From Alphaproteobacteria bacterium (GTDB lineage: Bacteria > Pseudomonadota > Alphaproteobacteria > UBA6615), in NCBI GenBank assembly GCA_965222215.1, contig OZ244931.1, positions 259,517 through 323,516 on the forward strand: a stretch of DNA of 64,000 bases, given 5' to 3'. The notes below the pieces were generated by a model. The model had not been told where the DNA came from. It made no database searches and worked only from the letters and a program-made list of their open reading frames with translations. This document shows, one piece after another, positions 9,026-17,709 of this stretch (the stretch's first letter is position 1; the number at the start of each line of letters is the position of its first letter). Made by a program: the position numbers and the translations under genes.

Positions 9026-10201
9026 ATGACCCCTAACCCCTGGCTCGTGCTCGGCGCGCTGTTCCTGGCGCGCACGTCCCTGGGATACCAGTTCCAGACG
9101 GTGGGCTCGGTCGCGCCGGTGCTCGTCGAGGACCTCGGTATCGACTTCACCCGGGTCGGCACCCTGATCGGATTGTTCAGCGCGCTCGGTGTTATCACCG
9201 CGCTGCCGGCGGGGCAGTTCGGGCGCCGGTTCGGGGAGAAGCGCGTCGTGCTCGCCGGCCTTGCCCTGATGGCGCTGGGCGGATTTGTCACCGGGATCGC
9301 CGGGAGTTTCGAAATCGCCGCGCTCGGCCGCCTGATCGTCGGCGTCGGCGGGGTCGCGCTCACGGTCACGATGGTCAAGCTGGTCGGTGATCTGTTCGAG
9401 GGCCCGCAGGTCGTCACCGCGATGGCGATCCTGATGAACTCGTGGCCCGTCGGCATCGTGATCGGGCTGTTCTCCCAGGGCGCCATGGCCGAGGCGTGGG
9501 GCTGGCAGGCGGTCTTTGTCACCGCCGGGGTCGGCTCGCTGGGCGGCATGGTGCTGATCTGGCTGCTCTACAAGCCCCAGAACAGTGCCGCGCCGGGAGA
9601 AGCTGCCGCACGTACTGGGCGCATCTCGTTCCGCGAAGGCCTGCTCGTCTCCATCGCCGGGGTGACATGGACCATGTTCAACGGCGCGTTCCTGGTCATC
9701 ATGGCCTTCGGGCCGGCGATGCTCGTCGCCCAGGGCGACGACGTGGTTGAGGCGGGCTCGCTCATCGCGGTCGCGACCATTGTCTACATGTTCGCCATCC
9801 CGCTGGGCGGCTGGCTGTCCTCGCGCCTGGGGCGGCCCACGCTCGTGATGCTGGTGACGTTCGCCCTGGCCGGGGTCACCGTCGCACTGGTGCCCTTCGC
9901 CGAGGCGCAACTGCTGCTGTTTGCGCTGGCGGGCATCTTCGTCGGGGTGCCGACGGGCAACGTGATGGCCCTGACGGTGGAAACCGTACGCCCCGAAAAC
10001 CGCAACATCGGCACCGGCCTCTACTACACCTGGCACTATATCGGGCTGGCCAGTATTCCGGCGCTGGCGGGCTGGGCCGTCGACCTGACGGGCGATGCCT
10101 CCGCGCCGATGTTTGTCGGTGCGGCCTGTTCGGGCCTGGCGATCTGCCTGCTGCTGGTCCTGCGCACGGTGCAGGGGCGCATGCACAACCCTCTCCCATA
10201 G
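9026..10201 (+). CDS. MFS transporter.
   Basis: Twelve TM helices with typical MFS loops (GRLIVGVGG). ATG at 9026 with GGAGA upstream. The last codons (HNPLP, TAG stop) are supplied by repeat C2. Confidence 0.85.
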   Translation: MTPNPWLVLGALFLARTSLGYQFQTVGSVAPVLVEDLGIDFTRVGTLIGLFSALGVITALPAGQFGRRFGEKRVVLAGLALMALGGFVTGIAGSFEIAALGRLIVGVGGVALTVTMVKLVGDLFEGPQVVTAMAILMNSWPVGIVIGLFSQGAMAEAWGWQAVFVTAGVGSLGGMVLIWLLYKPQNSAAPGEAAARTGRISFREGLLVSIAGVTWTMFNGAFLVIMAFGPAMLVAQGDDVVEAGSLIAVATIVYMFAIPLGGWLSSRLGRPTLVMLVTFALAGVTVALVPFAEAQLLLFALAGIFVGVPTGNVMALTVETVRPENRNIGTGLYYTWHYIGLASIPALAGWAVDLTGDASAPMFVGAACSGLAICLLLVLRTVQGRMHNPLP

Positions 10202-10312
10202 GGAGAGGGTGGCGAGCAACGCGAGCCGGGTGAGGGGTTGCAGTGGTTCGGTGTATCCTCGTTGAGAATTTAACCCCTCACCCCAACCCCTCTCCCTATG
10301 GGAGAGGGGCTC
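10187..10312. repeat. Family C repeat (copy C2). It overlaps the MFS stop and forms the 5' leader of the GT2 gene.
   Basis: CAACCCTCTCCCATAGGGAGAGGGTGGCGAGCAACGCGAGCCGGGTGAGGGG...CCCCTCACCCCAACCCCTCTCCCTATGGGAGAGGGG. Confidence 0.6.
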
Positions 10313-10328
10313 TTGGCGGCTTGGTTGG

Positions 10329-11033
10329 ATGACGAACAAACCCTCTCTCGGCATTGTCATTCCCGCGCTGAATGCGGCGGCGGGCTTGCCGGCATGCCTC
10401 GGGGCACTGGGAGAGGGTCATGAAAGTTTCGACATGGATGTCATCGTTGCCGATGGCGGCTCGACGGATGGCACCACCGACATCGCCCGGGATAATGGCG
10501 CGCGGGTCATCGACACGCCTCGCGGCCGGGGTGTGCAGCTTGCCGCCGGTGCCGCCACCGTCGCCGGAGACTGGCTGCAGTTTCTCCATGCCGACACGGT
10601 GCTGGAGCCGGGCTGGGCGGCCGCGCTGCAGGAGTTCATGGAGCGCCCGGACGCTGTGCACCGGGCGGCCTATTTCAGGTTCGCGCTCGACGACGACCAT
10701 CCGGGCGCGCGACGGATCGAACGTCTCGTCGCGTGGCGCTGCCGCCGATTCGCGTTGCCTTACGGCGACCAGGGCCTCGCGCTCTCGCGGGCCCTGTACG
10801 ACGAGCTGGGCGGTTTCGCGCCGATGCCGCTGATGGAAGACGTCGATCTTGTGAGGCGCATCGCCCGCCGGCATGGCAAGGGCGCACTGGCCGGGCTCGC
10901 CGCGGCAGCAACGACTTCGGCAGCGCGCTACAGGAGCGGCGGTTACTGGCGGCGTCCCGGCAGGAACCTTTTCTGCCTGATGCTGTACCGCTTCGGAGTG
11001 CCCGTGGAGACCATCGCGAGGATCTACCGGTGA
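10329..11033 (+). CDS. GT2-like glycosyltransferase. Recalled as TIGR04283, the 'rSAM/selenodomain-associated transferase 2'.
   Basis: GT-A motifs (IVIPALN, DGGSTDGT, DxD-like EDVD). Its stop overlaps the next gene's start (GTGA). Confidence 0.8.
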   Translation: MTNKPSLGIVIPALNAAAGLPACLGALGEGHESFDMDVIVADGGSTDGTTDIARDNGARVIDTPRGRGVQLAAGAATVAGDWLQFLHADTVLEPGWAAALQEFMERPDAVHRAAYFRFALDDDHPGARRIERLVAWRCRRFALPYGDQGLALSRALYDELGGFAPMPLMEDVDLVRRIARRHGKGALAGLAAAATTSAARYRSGGYWRRPGRNLFCLMLYRFGVPVETIARIYR

Positions 11034-11647
11034 GCCTGCCGCACCATCTGGTGGTGTTCGCCCGCGCACCGCGCCGGGACACCGTGAAACGGCGCCTGGC
11101 GGCGGATATCGGCGCGGCCGCCGCGCTGCATTTCTACCGGAACACTCTCAACGATGTGGTCCGCCGGTTGGGGGACGATCCGCGCTGGACGACCTGGCTG
11201 TCGGTCACGCCCGACCGCGATGCGGCGGTTAACGCCCTGTGGCCGGCAGTGCCGGGGCTGCGCCGCATCCCGCAGGGCGGCGGAGGGCTCGGCGAACGCA
11301 TGGCGCGCCCGAGCCGGCTGCTGCCGCCGGGCCCGGTGGTGATCGTCGGGAGTGACATCCCGGACGTGGCGCCCGGGCATATCCGCGATGCCTTCGCGGC
11401 GCTGGGCCGCCATGACATGGTGTTCGGCCCGGCATCTGACGGCGGCTACTGGCTCGTCGGTGCGCGCCGCCGGCCGGCGGTGCCGAAGGACCTGTTCGCA
11501 AATGTGCGCTGGAGCACGGAACACGCGCTCGATGACACCGTTGCAGGCCTGCCGAAGCGCTTCCGGGTGGCGCGGATCGACACGCTCCACGATGTCGATA
11601 CGGGCGCGGACTGGCGGGCGTGGCGTGCGCGCAACCGCCGCTCATAA
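11030..11647 (+). CDS. DUF2064 nucleotidyltransferase-like protein. Recalled as TIGR04282, the 'rSAM/selenodomain-associated transferase 1'.
   Basis: GTG start overlaps the upstream stop. N-terminus HLVVFARAPRRDTVKRRL matches the DUF2064 signature (VVFAKAP..G.VKTRL). It sits inside a longer, over-extended ORF. Confidence 0.75.
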   Translation: MSLPHHLVVFARAPRRDTVKRRLAADIGAAAALHFYRNTLNDVVRRLGDDPRWTTWLSVTPDRDAAVNALWPAVPGLRRIPQGGGGLGERMARPSRLLPPGPVVIVGSDIPDVAPGHIRDAFAALGRHDMVFGPASDGGYWLVGARRRPAVPKDLFANVRWSTEHALDDTVAGLPKRFRVARIDTLHDVDTGADWRAWRARNRRS

Positions 11648-11726
11648 CAATGCCGTGACGTTGGGGTAGGGTTGTTCCCAACGGGTCGCCGCCCGCTACA
11701 ATCGCCGCGACTTCGAACGAGGCGTC

Positions 11727-12767
11727 ATGGAATCGATCTACTACGTGCTGTCGTGGCTCTGCCACCGGCGTTGCGACCATTGCTACGACACCCGCTTCCG
11801 CCCCTATGTGCGTGAGGAGAAGGCCACCGTGGTCAACGAGGCGCTGGCCAGCCATGCGCGGATTGTCGCCAACCTGCCCGACCGCATGACCTACCGGGAG
11901 ACCCCCGACGGCCCGGAACAGCCGGGGCGGATCATCCTGTCCGGCGGTGAGGTGCTGCTCGACGAGATCCGCGAACCGGTGCTCTACCCGGTAATGGACC
12001 TGCTCCGCGAGAAGTACGCGGACACCGGCGGGGTCCGGGTGGTGGTCCAGACCACCGGCGACCTCGTCACCGAAAAGATCGTCGACGAACTGCTCGACCA
12101 TGGCATGTGGCAGGTCTCGATTACCGGCATGGACGATTTCCATGTCGGTCATGAGGGCGAAAAGCGCCTCCCGCTGATCGGGAAGCTGACCGCCATGTTC
12201 GAGGCGGCCGGACTCAGCCCGACTGGGCGCCGCCACGACGGCACCGACGCGCGCGGCACGGTGACACCGGTCTATTCCTTCATGGGCGCGAACCCGGAAG
12301 AATGGATCGGCCCGATCTGGCCGCGTGGGCGCGCGTGGGAGAATGGGCTGTCCTCGGCAACGCTGGACGACAATTTCTGCAACCGCTGGTCGGGCGGGCT
12401 CAATTTTATGGAGCACGGCAAGGTCGGCTCCGAGGTGTCCATCGAGCCCAACGGCAACGTCTATCCCTGCTGCCTGAAGACGAAAGCGCCGCTCGGGAAC
12501 CTGACCGAGGAAAAGCTGGTCGATATTCTCGACAGCCTGCGCGGCCATCCGGCCTTTGACGCGATCAACGCCGGCGCCCCGGAGCGGATGGGCGAGGCCT
12601 TTGGCTGGGACGAGGCGACCTTCCTGCGCCACAGCGAAACGAAGACCCCGTCGGGCGAGACCTACCGCAATCTTTGCATCGGCTGCGATCGCTTCCACGA
12701 GCAGGTGCTCGGCCCCCTGATCGACGGCCTGCGCCGCGAGCGGCTGGCGCGCCGGGCGGCGGCATGA
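11727..12767 (+). CDS. Radical SAM / Cys-rich domain protein. Recalled as TIGR04167 and ArsS-like, the arsenosugar-biosynthesis radical SAM family.
   Basis: CxxxCxxC at residues 12-19 (CHRRCDHC). C-terminal Cys-rich segment with YPCC and CIGCDRF. SD GAGG before the ATG. Stop overlaps the next start (ATGA). Confidence 0.85.
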   Translation: MESIYYVLSWLCHRRCDHCYDTRFRPYVREEKATVVNEALASHARIVANLPDRMTYRETPDGPEQPGRIILSGGEVLLDEIREPVLYPVMDLLREKYADTGGVRVVVQTTGDLVTEKIVDELLDHGMWQVSITGMDDFHVGHEGEKRLPLIGKLTAMFEAAGLSPTGRRHDGTDARGTVTPVYSFMGANPEEWIGPIWPRGRAWENGLSSATLDDNFCNRWSGGLNFMEHGKVGSEVSIEPNGNVYPCCLKTKAPLGNLTEEKLVDILDSLRGHPAFDAINAGAPERMGEAFGWDEATFLRHSETKTPSGETYRNLCIGCDRFHEQVLGPLIDGLRRERLARRAAA

Positions 12768-13834
12768 CCTCCGGGACTGGCCGGATCGAGCGGGTCCGCG
12801 AGGCGCTGGCCGCGCGCCTGCGCGTGCCGCTGGAATACCTCACGCCGCTGCCGGATACAGGCCTCGCCCACGATCACGTGTCCATCGGCGAGACCGGGAC
12901 CCTCGCCCGCGTGCCGAAGCAGTCCCAGATGGGCCTGGAGGCGTCGGCGAACCTCGCCTACCAGGCGGCCTGCTTCGAGCGCGCGAGCGCCAGCGGCCAT
13001 GCGCCGCGCCTGCACGACGTCCTGCCGCCGGACGGCGCCCTGCCGATGGGCGCGCTCGTGGTCGAACAGATCGAGGGGCGGCCGCTGTCGTTGCCGGACG
13101 ATCTCGATGCGCTGGCCGACGCGCTGGCGGCGATTCATGCCCTGCCGCTTCCGCCCAGGGATGCGCGCGCGCCGCTCAAGAACCCGGCCGATCCCATCGC
13201 CGACACCTTCGCCGAAGTGACGGGGCAGTCGGCGTTCCTCGCCGATGCTGGGCTCGATCCCGACGCCGAAGCCCAGATCCGGGCCGAGCTCGAAGCGGCG
13301 CGCGCCACGCTCGCCGGGCCGGATCGCCCGCCGGTGTCCCTGATCGCGTTCGACGCGCATCCCGGGAACTACCTGGTCGACGGGACCGGCAAGGCGATCC
13401 TCGTCGACCTGGAAAAGGCCCGCTACGGTGCGGCCCCGTTCGATCTCGCCCATGCGAGCCTCTACACCTCGACGACCTGGGACGTGGACAGCCGCGCCGT
13501 GTTGTCACGCGATGACGTGCAGCGATTTCACACGCGCTGGCTGGCGACCGTTCCGGGCGAGCTTGCGGATGCCAGCGAAGCCTGGCTACTGCCCCTGCGG
13601 CGGATCATGTGGCTGTGGTCGGTCACCTGGTGCGCCAAGTGGCGGGTGCAGTCCGCGCCCGCGGCCCGGACGGACACGACCGAAAACTGGTCGGCGGACC
13701 TGAGCGAGGACGGGCTTGTCGCCCATGTCGCTGACCGGGTCGCCGACTATCTCGCCCCCGAGACCATTGCACAGGTGCGCGCCGACTGGTCCGGTACGGC
13801 CCCGGTGACGCCCGTGGCCGCGCTGGTGCGATGA
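12764..13834 (+). CDS. Aminoglycoside/choline-kinase-like phosphotransferase (APH/CHK fold).
   Basis: Brenner motif FDAHPGNYLV and Mg-binding DLE (ILVDLEKA). ATG overlaps the rSAM stop. Confidence 0.8.
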   Translation: MTSGTGRIERVREALAARLRVPLEYLTPLPDTGLAHDHVSIGETGTLARVPKQSQMGLEASANLAYQAACFERASASGHAPRLHDVLPPDGALPMGALVVEQIEGRPLSLPDDLDALADALAAIHALPLPPRDARAPLKNPADPIADTFAEVTGQSAFLADAGLDPDAEAQIRAELEAARATLAGPDRPPVSLIAFDAHPGNYLVDGTGKAILVDLEKARYGAAPFDLAHASLYTSTTWDVDSRAVLSRDDVQRFHTRWLATVPGELADASEAWLLPLRRIMWLWSVTWCAKWRVQSAPAARTDTTENWSADLSEDGLVAHVADRVADYLAPETIAQVRADWSGTAPVTPVAALVR

Positions 13835-13840
13835 AGCACC

Positions 13841-13927
13841 CGTCATTGCGAGGAGCGGAGCGACGAAGCAATCCAGTCTCACCGTCTTGTCCGCTCTGGA
13901 TTGCTTCACCTTCGGTTCGCAATGACG
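13841..13927. repeat. Family A repeat (copy A2).
   Basis: CGTCATTGCGAGGAGCGGAGCGACGAAGCAATCCAG...CTGGATTGCTTCACCTTCGGTTCGCAATGACG. Confidence 0.8.
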
Positions 13928-13994
13928 ACGGAATGACATTGAGGAGTGCCAGCGCTCGGCCATAGGTCGGGATGCCGGGTGAAAGGACAAAGTC

Positions 13995-15188
13995 ATGAAA
14001 CGTACTTTTTTCGCGATGCTTGCCATGTTGTTCGTTTGGGCCTCGCCCGCGCTGGCGCAGGACTGGGACGATGTTGTGGCGAAGGCCAGGGGTCAGACCG
14101 TTTTCTGGAATGCCTGGGCCGGGGACGAACGGATCAACGCCTATATCGCCTGGGCGGGCGAGCAGGTGCGCGAGCGCTACGGCGTCGAGGTGCAGCACGT
14201 AAAACTGTCGGACACGGCCGAAGCTGTCGCCCGCGTCGTTGCCGAGAAGGCGGCCGGGCGTACCGAGGCCGGTTCGGTCGACCTCATCTGGATCAACGGC
14301 GAGAACTTCGCGTCCATGAAACGCAACGGCCTGCTGTTCGGTCCTTGGACCCAGGACGCGCCGAACTACGCGAACGTCGACACTGAAAACAAGAAGACCA
14401 CCACCGTCGACTTCACGGTGCCCGTCGACAATCTGGAGGCGCCATGGGGCATGGCGCAGTTCGTGTTCATGCACGACACCGCCCATATGAGGGACACGCC
14501 GGGCTCGGTATCCGCGCTGCTCGAATGGGCGAAGGCGAACCCGGGTCGCTTCGCCTATCCGCAGCCACCGAACTTCCTCGGCACGACCTTCCTGAAACAG
14601 GCCCTGATCGAGCTGGCGCCGGACGCCGACGCCCTGCTGAAGCCTGTCGCCGACTTTGACGGCGTGACTGCGCCGCTGTGGGCCTATCTCGACGACCTGC
14701 ACCCGCACATGTGGCGGCGCGGCGAGGTGTTCCCCCAGAACGGTCCGGCGCTGCACCGCCTGCTCGACGACGGCGAGGTCTCCATCGCCATGTCCTTCCA
14801 CCCCGCCGAGGCGTCGGGCCTGATCGCCGAGGACAAGCTTCCGGACACAGTGCGGACCTTCGTGCTCGACAACGGAACCATCGGCAATACCCATTTCGTT
14901 GCGATTCCGTTCAACGCGAAGGCGAAGGAGGGCGCGATGGTACTGGCGAACTTCCTGATGTCGCCCGAAGCCCAGGCCCGCAAACAGGGCCCGGACGTCT
15001 GGGGCGACTTCACCGTGCTGGCCGTCGACCGGCTGCCGGATACGGCGCAGGCCGCCTTCGACGGGCTCGACATGGGCATCGCCACCCTGTCGCCGACGGA
15101 ACTCGGCGCGACCCGGCTCGAGCCGCACCCGTCCTGGGTCGCGGCGCTGGAGGACGAATGGGCGAAACGCTATGCGAGCGGGCGGTAG
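13995..15188 (+). CDS. ABC transporter periplasmic substrate-binding protein, YnjB-like.
   Basis: Signal peptide (MKRTFFAMLAMLFVWASPALA). Sequence resembles YnjB/TbpA-family binding proteins. Confidence 0.85.
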   Translation: MKRTFFAMLAMLFVWASPALAQDWDDVVAKARGQTVFWNAWAGDERINAYIAWAGEQVRERYGVEVQHVKLSDTAEAVARVVAEKAAGRTEAGSVDLIWINGENFASMKRNGLLFGPWTQDAPNYANVDTENKKTTTVDFTVPVDNLEAPWGMAQFVFMHDTAHMRDTPGSVSALLEWAKANPGRFAYPQPPNFLGTTFLKQALIELAPDADALLKPVADFDGVTAPLWAYLDDLHPHMWRRGEVFPQNGPALHRLLDDGEVSIAMSFHPAEASGLIAEDKLPDTVRTFVLDNGTIGNTHFVAIPFNAKAKEGAMVLANFLMSPEAQARKQGPDVWGDFTVLAVDRLPDTAQAAFDGLDMGIATLSPTELGATRLEPHPSWVAALEDEWAKRYASGR

Positions 15189-15207
15189 GGGGCATCCTTC
15201 CATGTCA

Positions 15208-15290
15208 TGCGCGGACTTGATCCGCGCATCTCGTCTCGGTCTGTGCGGAGATGCCCGGGTCAAGCCCGGGCATGACGATGACGGACGGGG
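15208..15290. repeat. Family D hairpin pair (copy D2). Hairpins ATGCGCGGA-CTTGA-TCCGCGCAT and ATGCCCGGG-TCAAG-CCCGGGCAT are separated by 21 bp.
   Basis: Two perfect 9-bp stems whose loops are reverse complements. The element lies between ynjB and ynjC. Confidence 0.4.
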
Positions 15291-15293
15291 TTC

Positions 15294-16994
15294 GTGACCC
15301 ATCGTATCTTCTCCCTCCGCTGGTTCCCGGCGCTGACGCTGGTGCTTCTGCTCGCACCCGTTGCAGCCGGGCTGATCGGCACGATCCTGCCGGCGCTCGG
15401 TTACCTCCCTGCGCTCGGCGGTAACTCCTTCAGTCTCGAACCCTGGCGGATGCTGTTCGCCGCACCGGGTATCCGGGAGTCCGTCCGCCTGTCGGTGTTG
15501 ACGGGGCTCGGGGTCTCCGCATTCTCGCTCGCCGTGGTGATCCTGTTCGTTGCGGGGTGGCACGGCACCCGGTCCTTCGCCCGGGTCCAGCGGCTGCTGT
15601 CGCCGCTGCTGTCGATCCCCCATGTGACCGTTGCCTTCGGCATCGCGTTCCTGCTCGCCCCGTCCGGCTGGCTGTTCCGGCTGACCTCGCCCTGGCTGAC
15701 GGGCTTCGAGCGGCCGCCGGACATGATCATCGTGCAGGACCCGGACGGGCTGGCCTTCATGGCCGGGCTGGCGCTCAAGGAAATCCCGTTCCTGTGCCTG
15801 ATGACCTTGGCCGCCATCGGCCAGGTCGATGCGGTCCGCACCCGGACCATGGCCCGCACGCTCGGCTACGGCACCACCACGGCCTGGCTCAAGGCCGTGT
15901 TCCCTCTGGTCTACCGACAGATCCGGCTGCCTGTCTTCGCGGTGCTGGCGTTTTCGGCCTCGGTCGTGGACGTGGCCATCGTGCTCGCGCCCTCGACCCC
16001 GCCGCCGCTGGCGGTGCAACTGCTGCGCTGGTTCAACGATCCCGAACTCGCCATGCGCTTCGTGGCGTCCGCGGGCGCGGTGCTGCAGCTTGCGGTGGTG
16101 CTGGCTGTGTTCGCGCTGTGGTGGCTCGGGGAGCGCGCGGTCGCATGTTTAGGACGAATCTGGATCCGCCGGGGGCACCGGGGCGTGCGCGATCGCGCCG
16201 TGCGCCTGGGTGCGGCGGGCGCGCTGACGGTCAGTTTCCTTGCGGCCTTCCTCGGGCTTCTGAGCATGGCGGTCTGGTCGGTGGCCGGGCGCTGGCGGTT
16301 CCCGGACGGGCTGCCGTCGCGGTTCTCCGTCGACCCGTGGATCGACAATGCGCCGCGCCTTGGCGAGGCCGCACTGAACACGGCGACCGTCGGGCTGGCG
16401 GCCGCGCTGGTGGGGCTTGTCCTGGCTCTCGGCTGCCTGGAGAACGAGACCCGGTTCGGGCGGCGCGCCACGAACCGCGCGCTTCTGCTGCTCTATATCC
16501 CGCTGCTGGTGCCCCAGATCGCGTTCCTGTTCGGGGGGCAGGTTTTGCTGGTGATGAGCGGCCTCGACGGCGCGTGGATCGCCGTGGCCTGGGCGCACCT
16601 GGTATTCGTTCTGCCCTATGTCTTCCTGTCGCTCGCCGATCCCTACCGGGCGTGGGACGAGCGCTACGCCCGTGCCGCGCGCTGTCTCGGGGCCTCGCCG
16701 CTTCGGGTGTTCTGCCGGGTGAAGCTGCCGATGCTGTTGCGGCCGGTCCTTGTCGCTGTGGCGGTCGGTTTCGCGGTCTCCGTGGGCCAGTACCTGCCGA
16801 CGCTGTTCGCGGGTGCGGGGCGCGTCGACACGCTGACGACGGAAGCGGTCGCGCTGGCCTCGGGCGCCGACCGGCGCGCCATCGGGGTGTATGCGCTGGC
16901 CCAGATGTTCCTGCCGTTTCTCGCCTTCGCGCTCGCCACGGCCGTCCCGACCTGGCTCTTCCGGAACCGTCGCGGACTGCGGGTCACCGCTTGA
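15294..16994 (+). CDS. ABC transporter permease with two fused permease domains, YnjC-like.
   Basis: 566 aa with ~12 TM helices and two binding-protein-dependent transport (EAA-like) regions. GTG start. Confidence 0.85.
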   Translation: MTHRIFSLRWFPALTLVLLLAPVAAGLIGTILPALGYLPALGGNSFSLEPWRMLFAAPGIRESVRLSVLTGLGVSAFSLAVVILFVAGWHGTRSFARVQRLLSPLLSIPHVTVAFGIAFLLAPSGWLFRLTSPWLTGFERPPDMIIVQDPDGLAFMAGLALKEIPFLCLMTLAAIGQVDAVRTRTMARTLGYGTTTAWLKAVFPLVYRQIRLPVFAVLAFSASVVDVAIVLAPSTPPPLAVQLLRWFNDPELAMRFVASAGAVLQLAVVLAVFALWWLGERAVACLGRIWIRRGHRGVRDRAVRLGAAGALTVSFLAAFLGLLSMAVWSVAGRWRFPDGLPSRFSVDPWIDNAPRLGEAALNTATVGLAAALVGLVLALGCLENETRFGRRATNRALLLLYIPLLVPQIAFLFGGQVLLVMSGLDGAWIAVAWAHLVFVLPYVFLSLADPYRAWDERYARAARCLGASPLRVFCRVKLPMLLRPVLVAVAVGFAVSVGQYLPTLFAGAGRVDTLTTEAVALASGADRRAIGVYALAQMFLPFLAFALATAVPTWLFRNRRGLRVTA

Positions 16995-17050
16995 CTTCGA
17001 TCGGCGCCAGCGGCCCACTACGGCCAACCCATTCAACGGAGAGTTCCACC

Positions 17051-17698
17051 ATGAAACTTTACGGATACTGGCGGTCGCTGGCCGCGTTCCGCGTGCGCAT
17101 CGCCCTCAACCTCAAGGGCCAGCCCTTCGAGGTCATCTCGACAGACCTCATCAAGGGCGACCAGTTTGACCCCGAGTATCTGAAGCTCAACCCGCAGGGC
17201 GTGGTGCCGACACTCATCACCGACGACGGTGTGGCGCTCGGTCAGTCGATGGCGATCCTTGAATATCTCGACGAGGCCTATCCCGAGCCGCCGCTGATGC
17301 CGACCGACCCCGTGGCCCGCGCCCGGGTGCGCGCGCTGTGCATGATTACGGTGGCCGACACCCACCCGCTGGTGGTGCCGCGCATCCGCAAGTACATCAC
17401 CCAGGATTTGGGCCACAGCGAGGACGAGCTGAACGCCTGGATCGGCAACTGGACGAAGAAGGGCCTCGAAGCGATCGAGGCCCATCTCGTCGCCCATGCG
17501 GGCACCTACAGCGAGGGCGATGAGATCAGTCTCGGCGACCTCTGCGTCGTGCCGCAGGTCGGCGCCGCGGCGCTGTTCAAGGTGCCACTCGACCCCTATC
17601 CGACGGCCAAGCGCATCTTCGACACCTGCATGGACAACCCGGCCTTCTTCGACGCCCGCCCGCAGGCCCAGCCGGACTTCCCCGAAGACATGAAGTAG
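17051..17698 (+). CDS. maiA: Maleylacetoacetate isomerase (GST zeta class).
   Basis: N-terminus MKLYGYWRS...VPTL and the GST fold. SD GGAGAG 9 nt before the ATG. The ORF-track frame is over-extended. Confidence 0.85.
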   Translation: MKLYGYWRSLAAFRVRIALNLKGQPFEVISTDLIKGDQFDPEYLKLNPQGVVPTLITDDGVALGQSMAILEYLDEAYPEPPLMPTDPVARARVRALCMITVADTHPLVVPRIRKYITQDLGHSEDELNAWIGNWTKKGLEAIEAHLVAHAGTYSEGDEISLGDLCVVPQVGAAALFKVPLDPYPTAKRIFDTCMDNPAFFDARPQAQPDFPEDMK

Positions 17699-17709
17699 GC
17701 GGCCCCATC

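Noticed and set aside
8939-10360. A 473-aa minus-strand ORF antisense to the MFS transporter, and similar long antisense ORFs at 25028-26680, 19464-20217 and 22168-23490.
   Set aside because: All are antisense to genes with clear homology and show the typical high-GC spurious-ORF composition.
13930-13994. A TPP-riboswitch-like fragment (GGAGTGCC...GGGATGCCGGGTGAAAGGA) upstream of ynjB.
   Set aside because: It lacks the conserved CUGAGA box and is too short (~55 nt) to form the P1-P5 architecture. The resemblance is probably chance.
13623-16019. A 798-aa minus-strand ORF antisense to ynjB/ynjC.
   Set aside because: Composition is Arg/Gly/Pro-biased with no domain, and it is entirely antisense to two well-supported genes.
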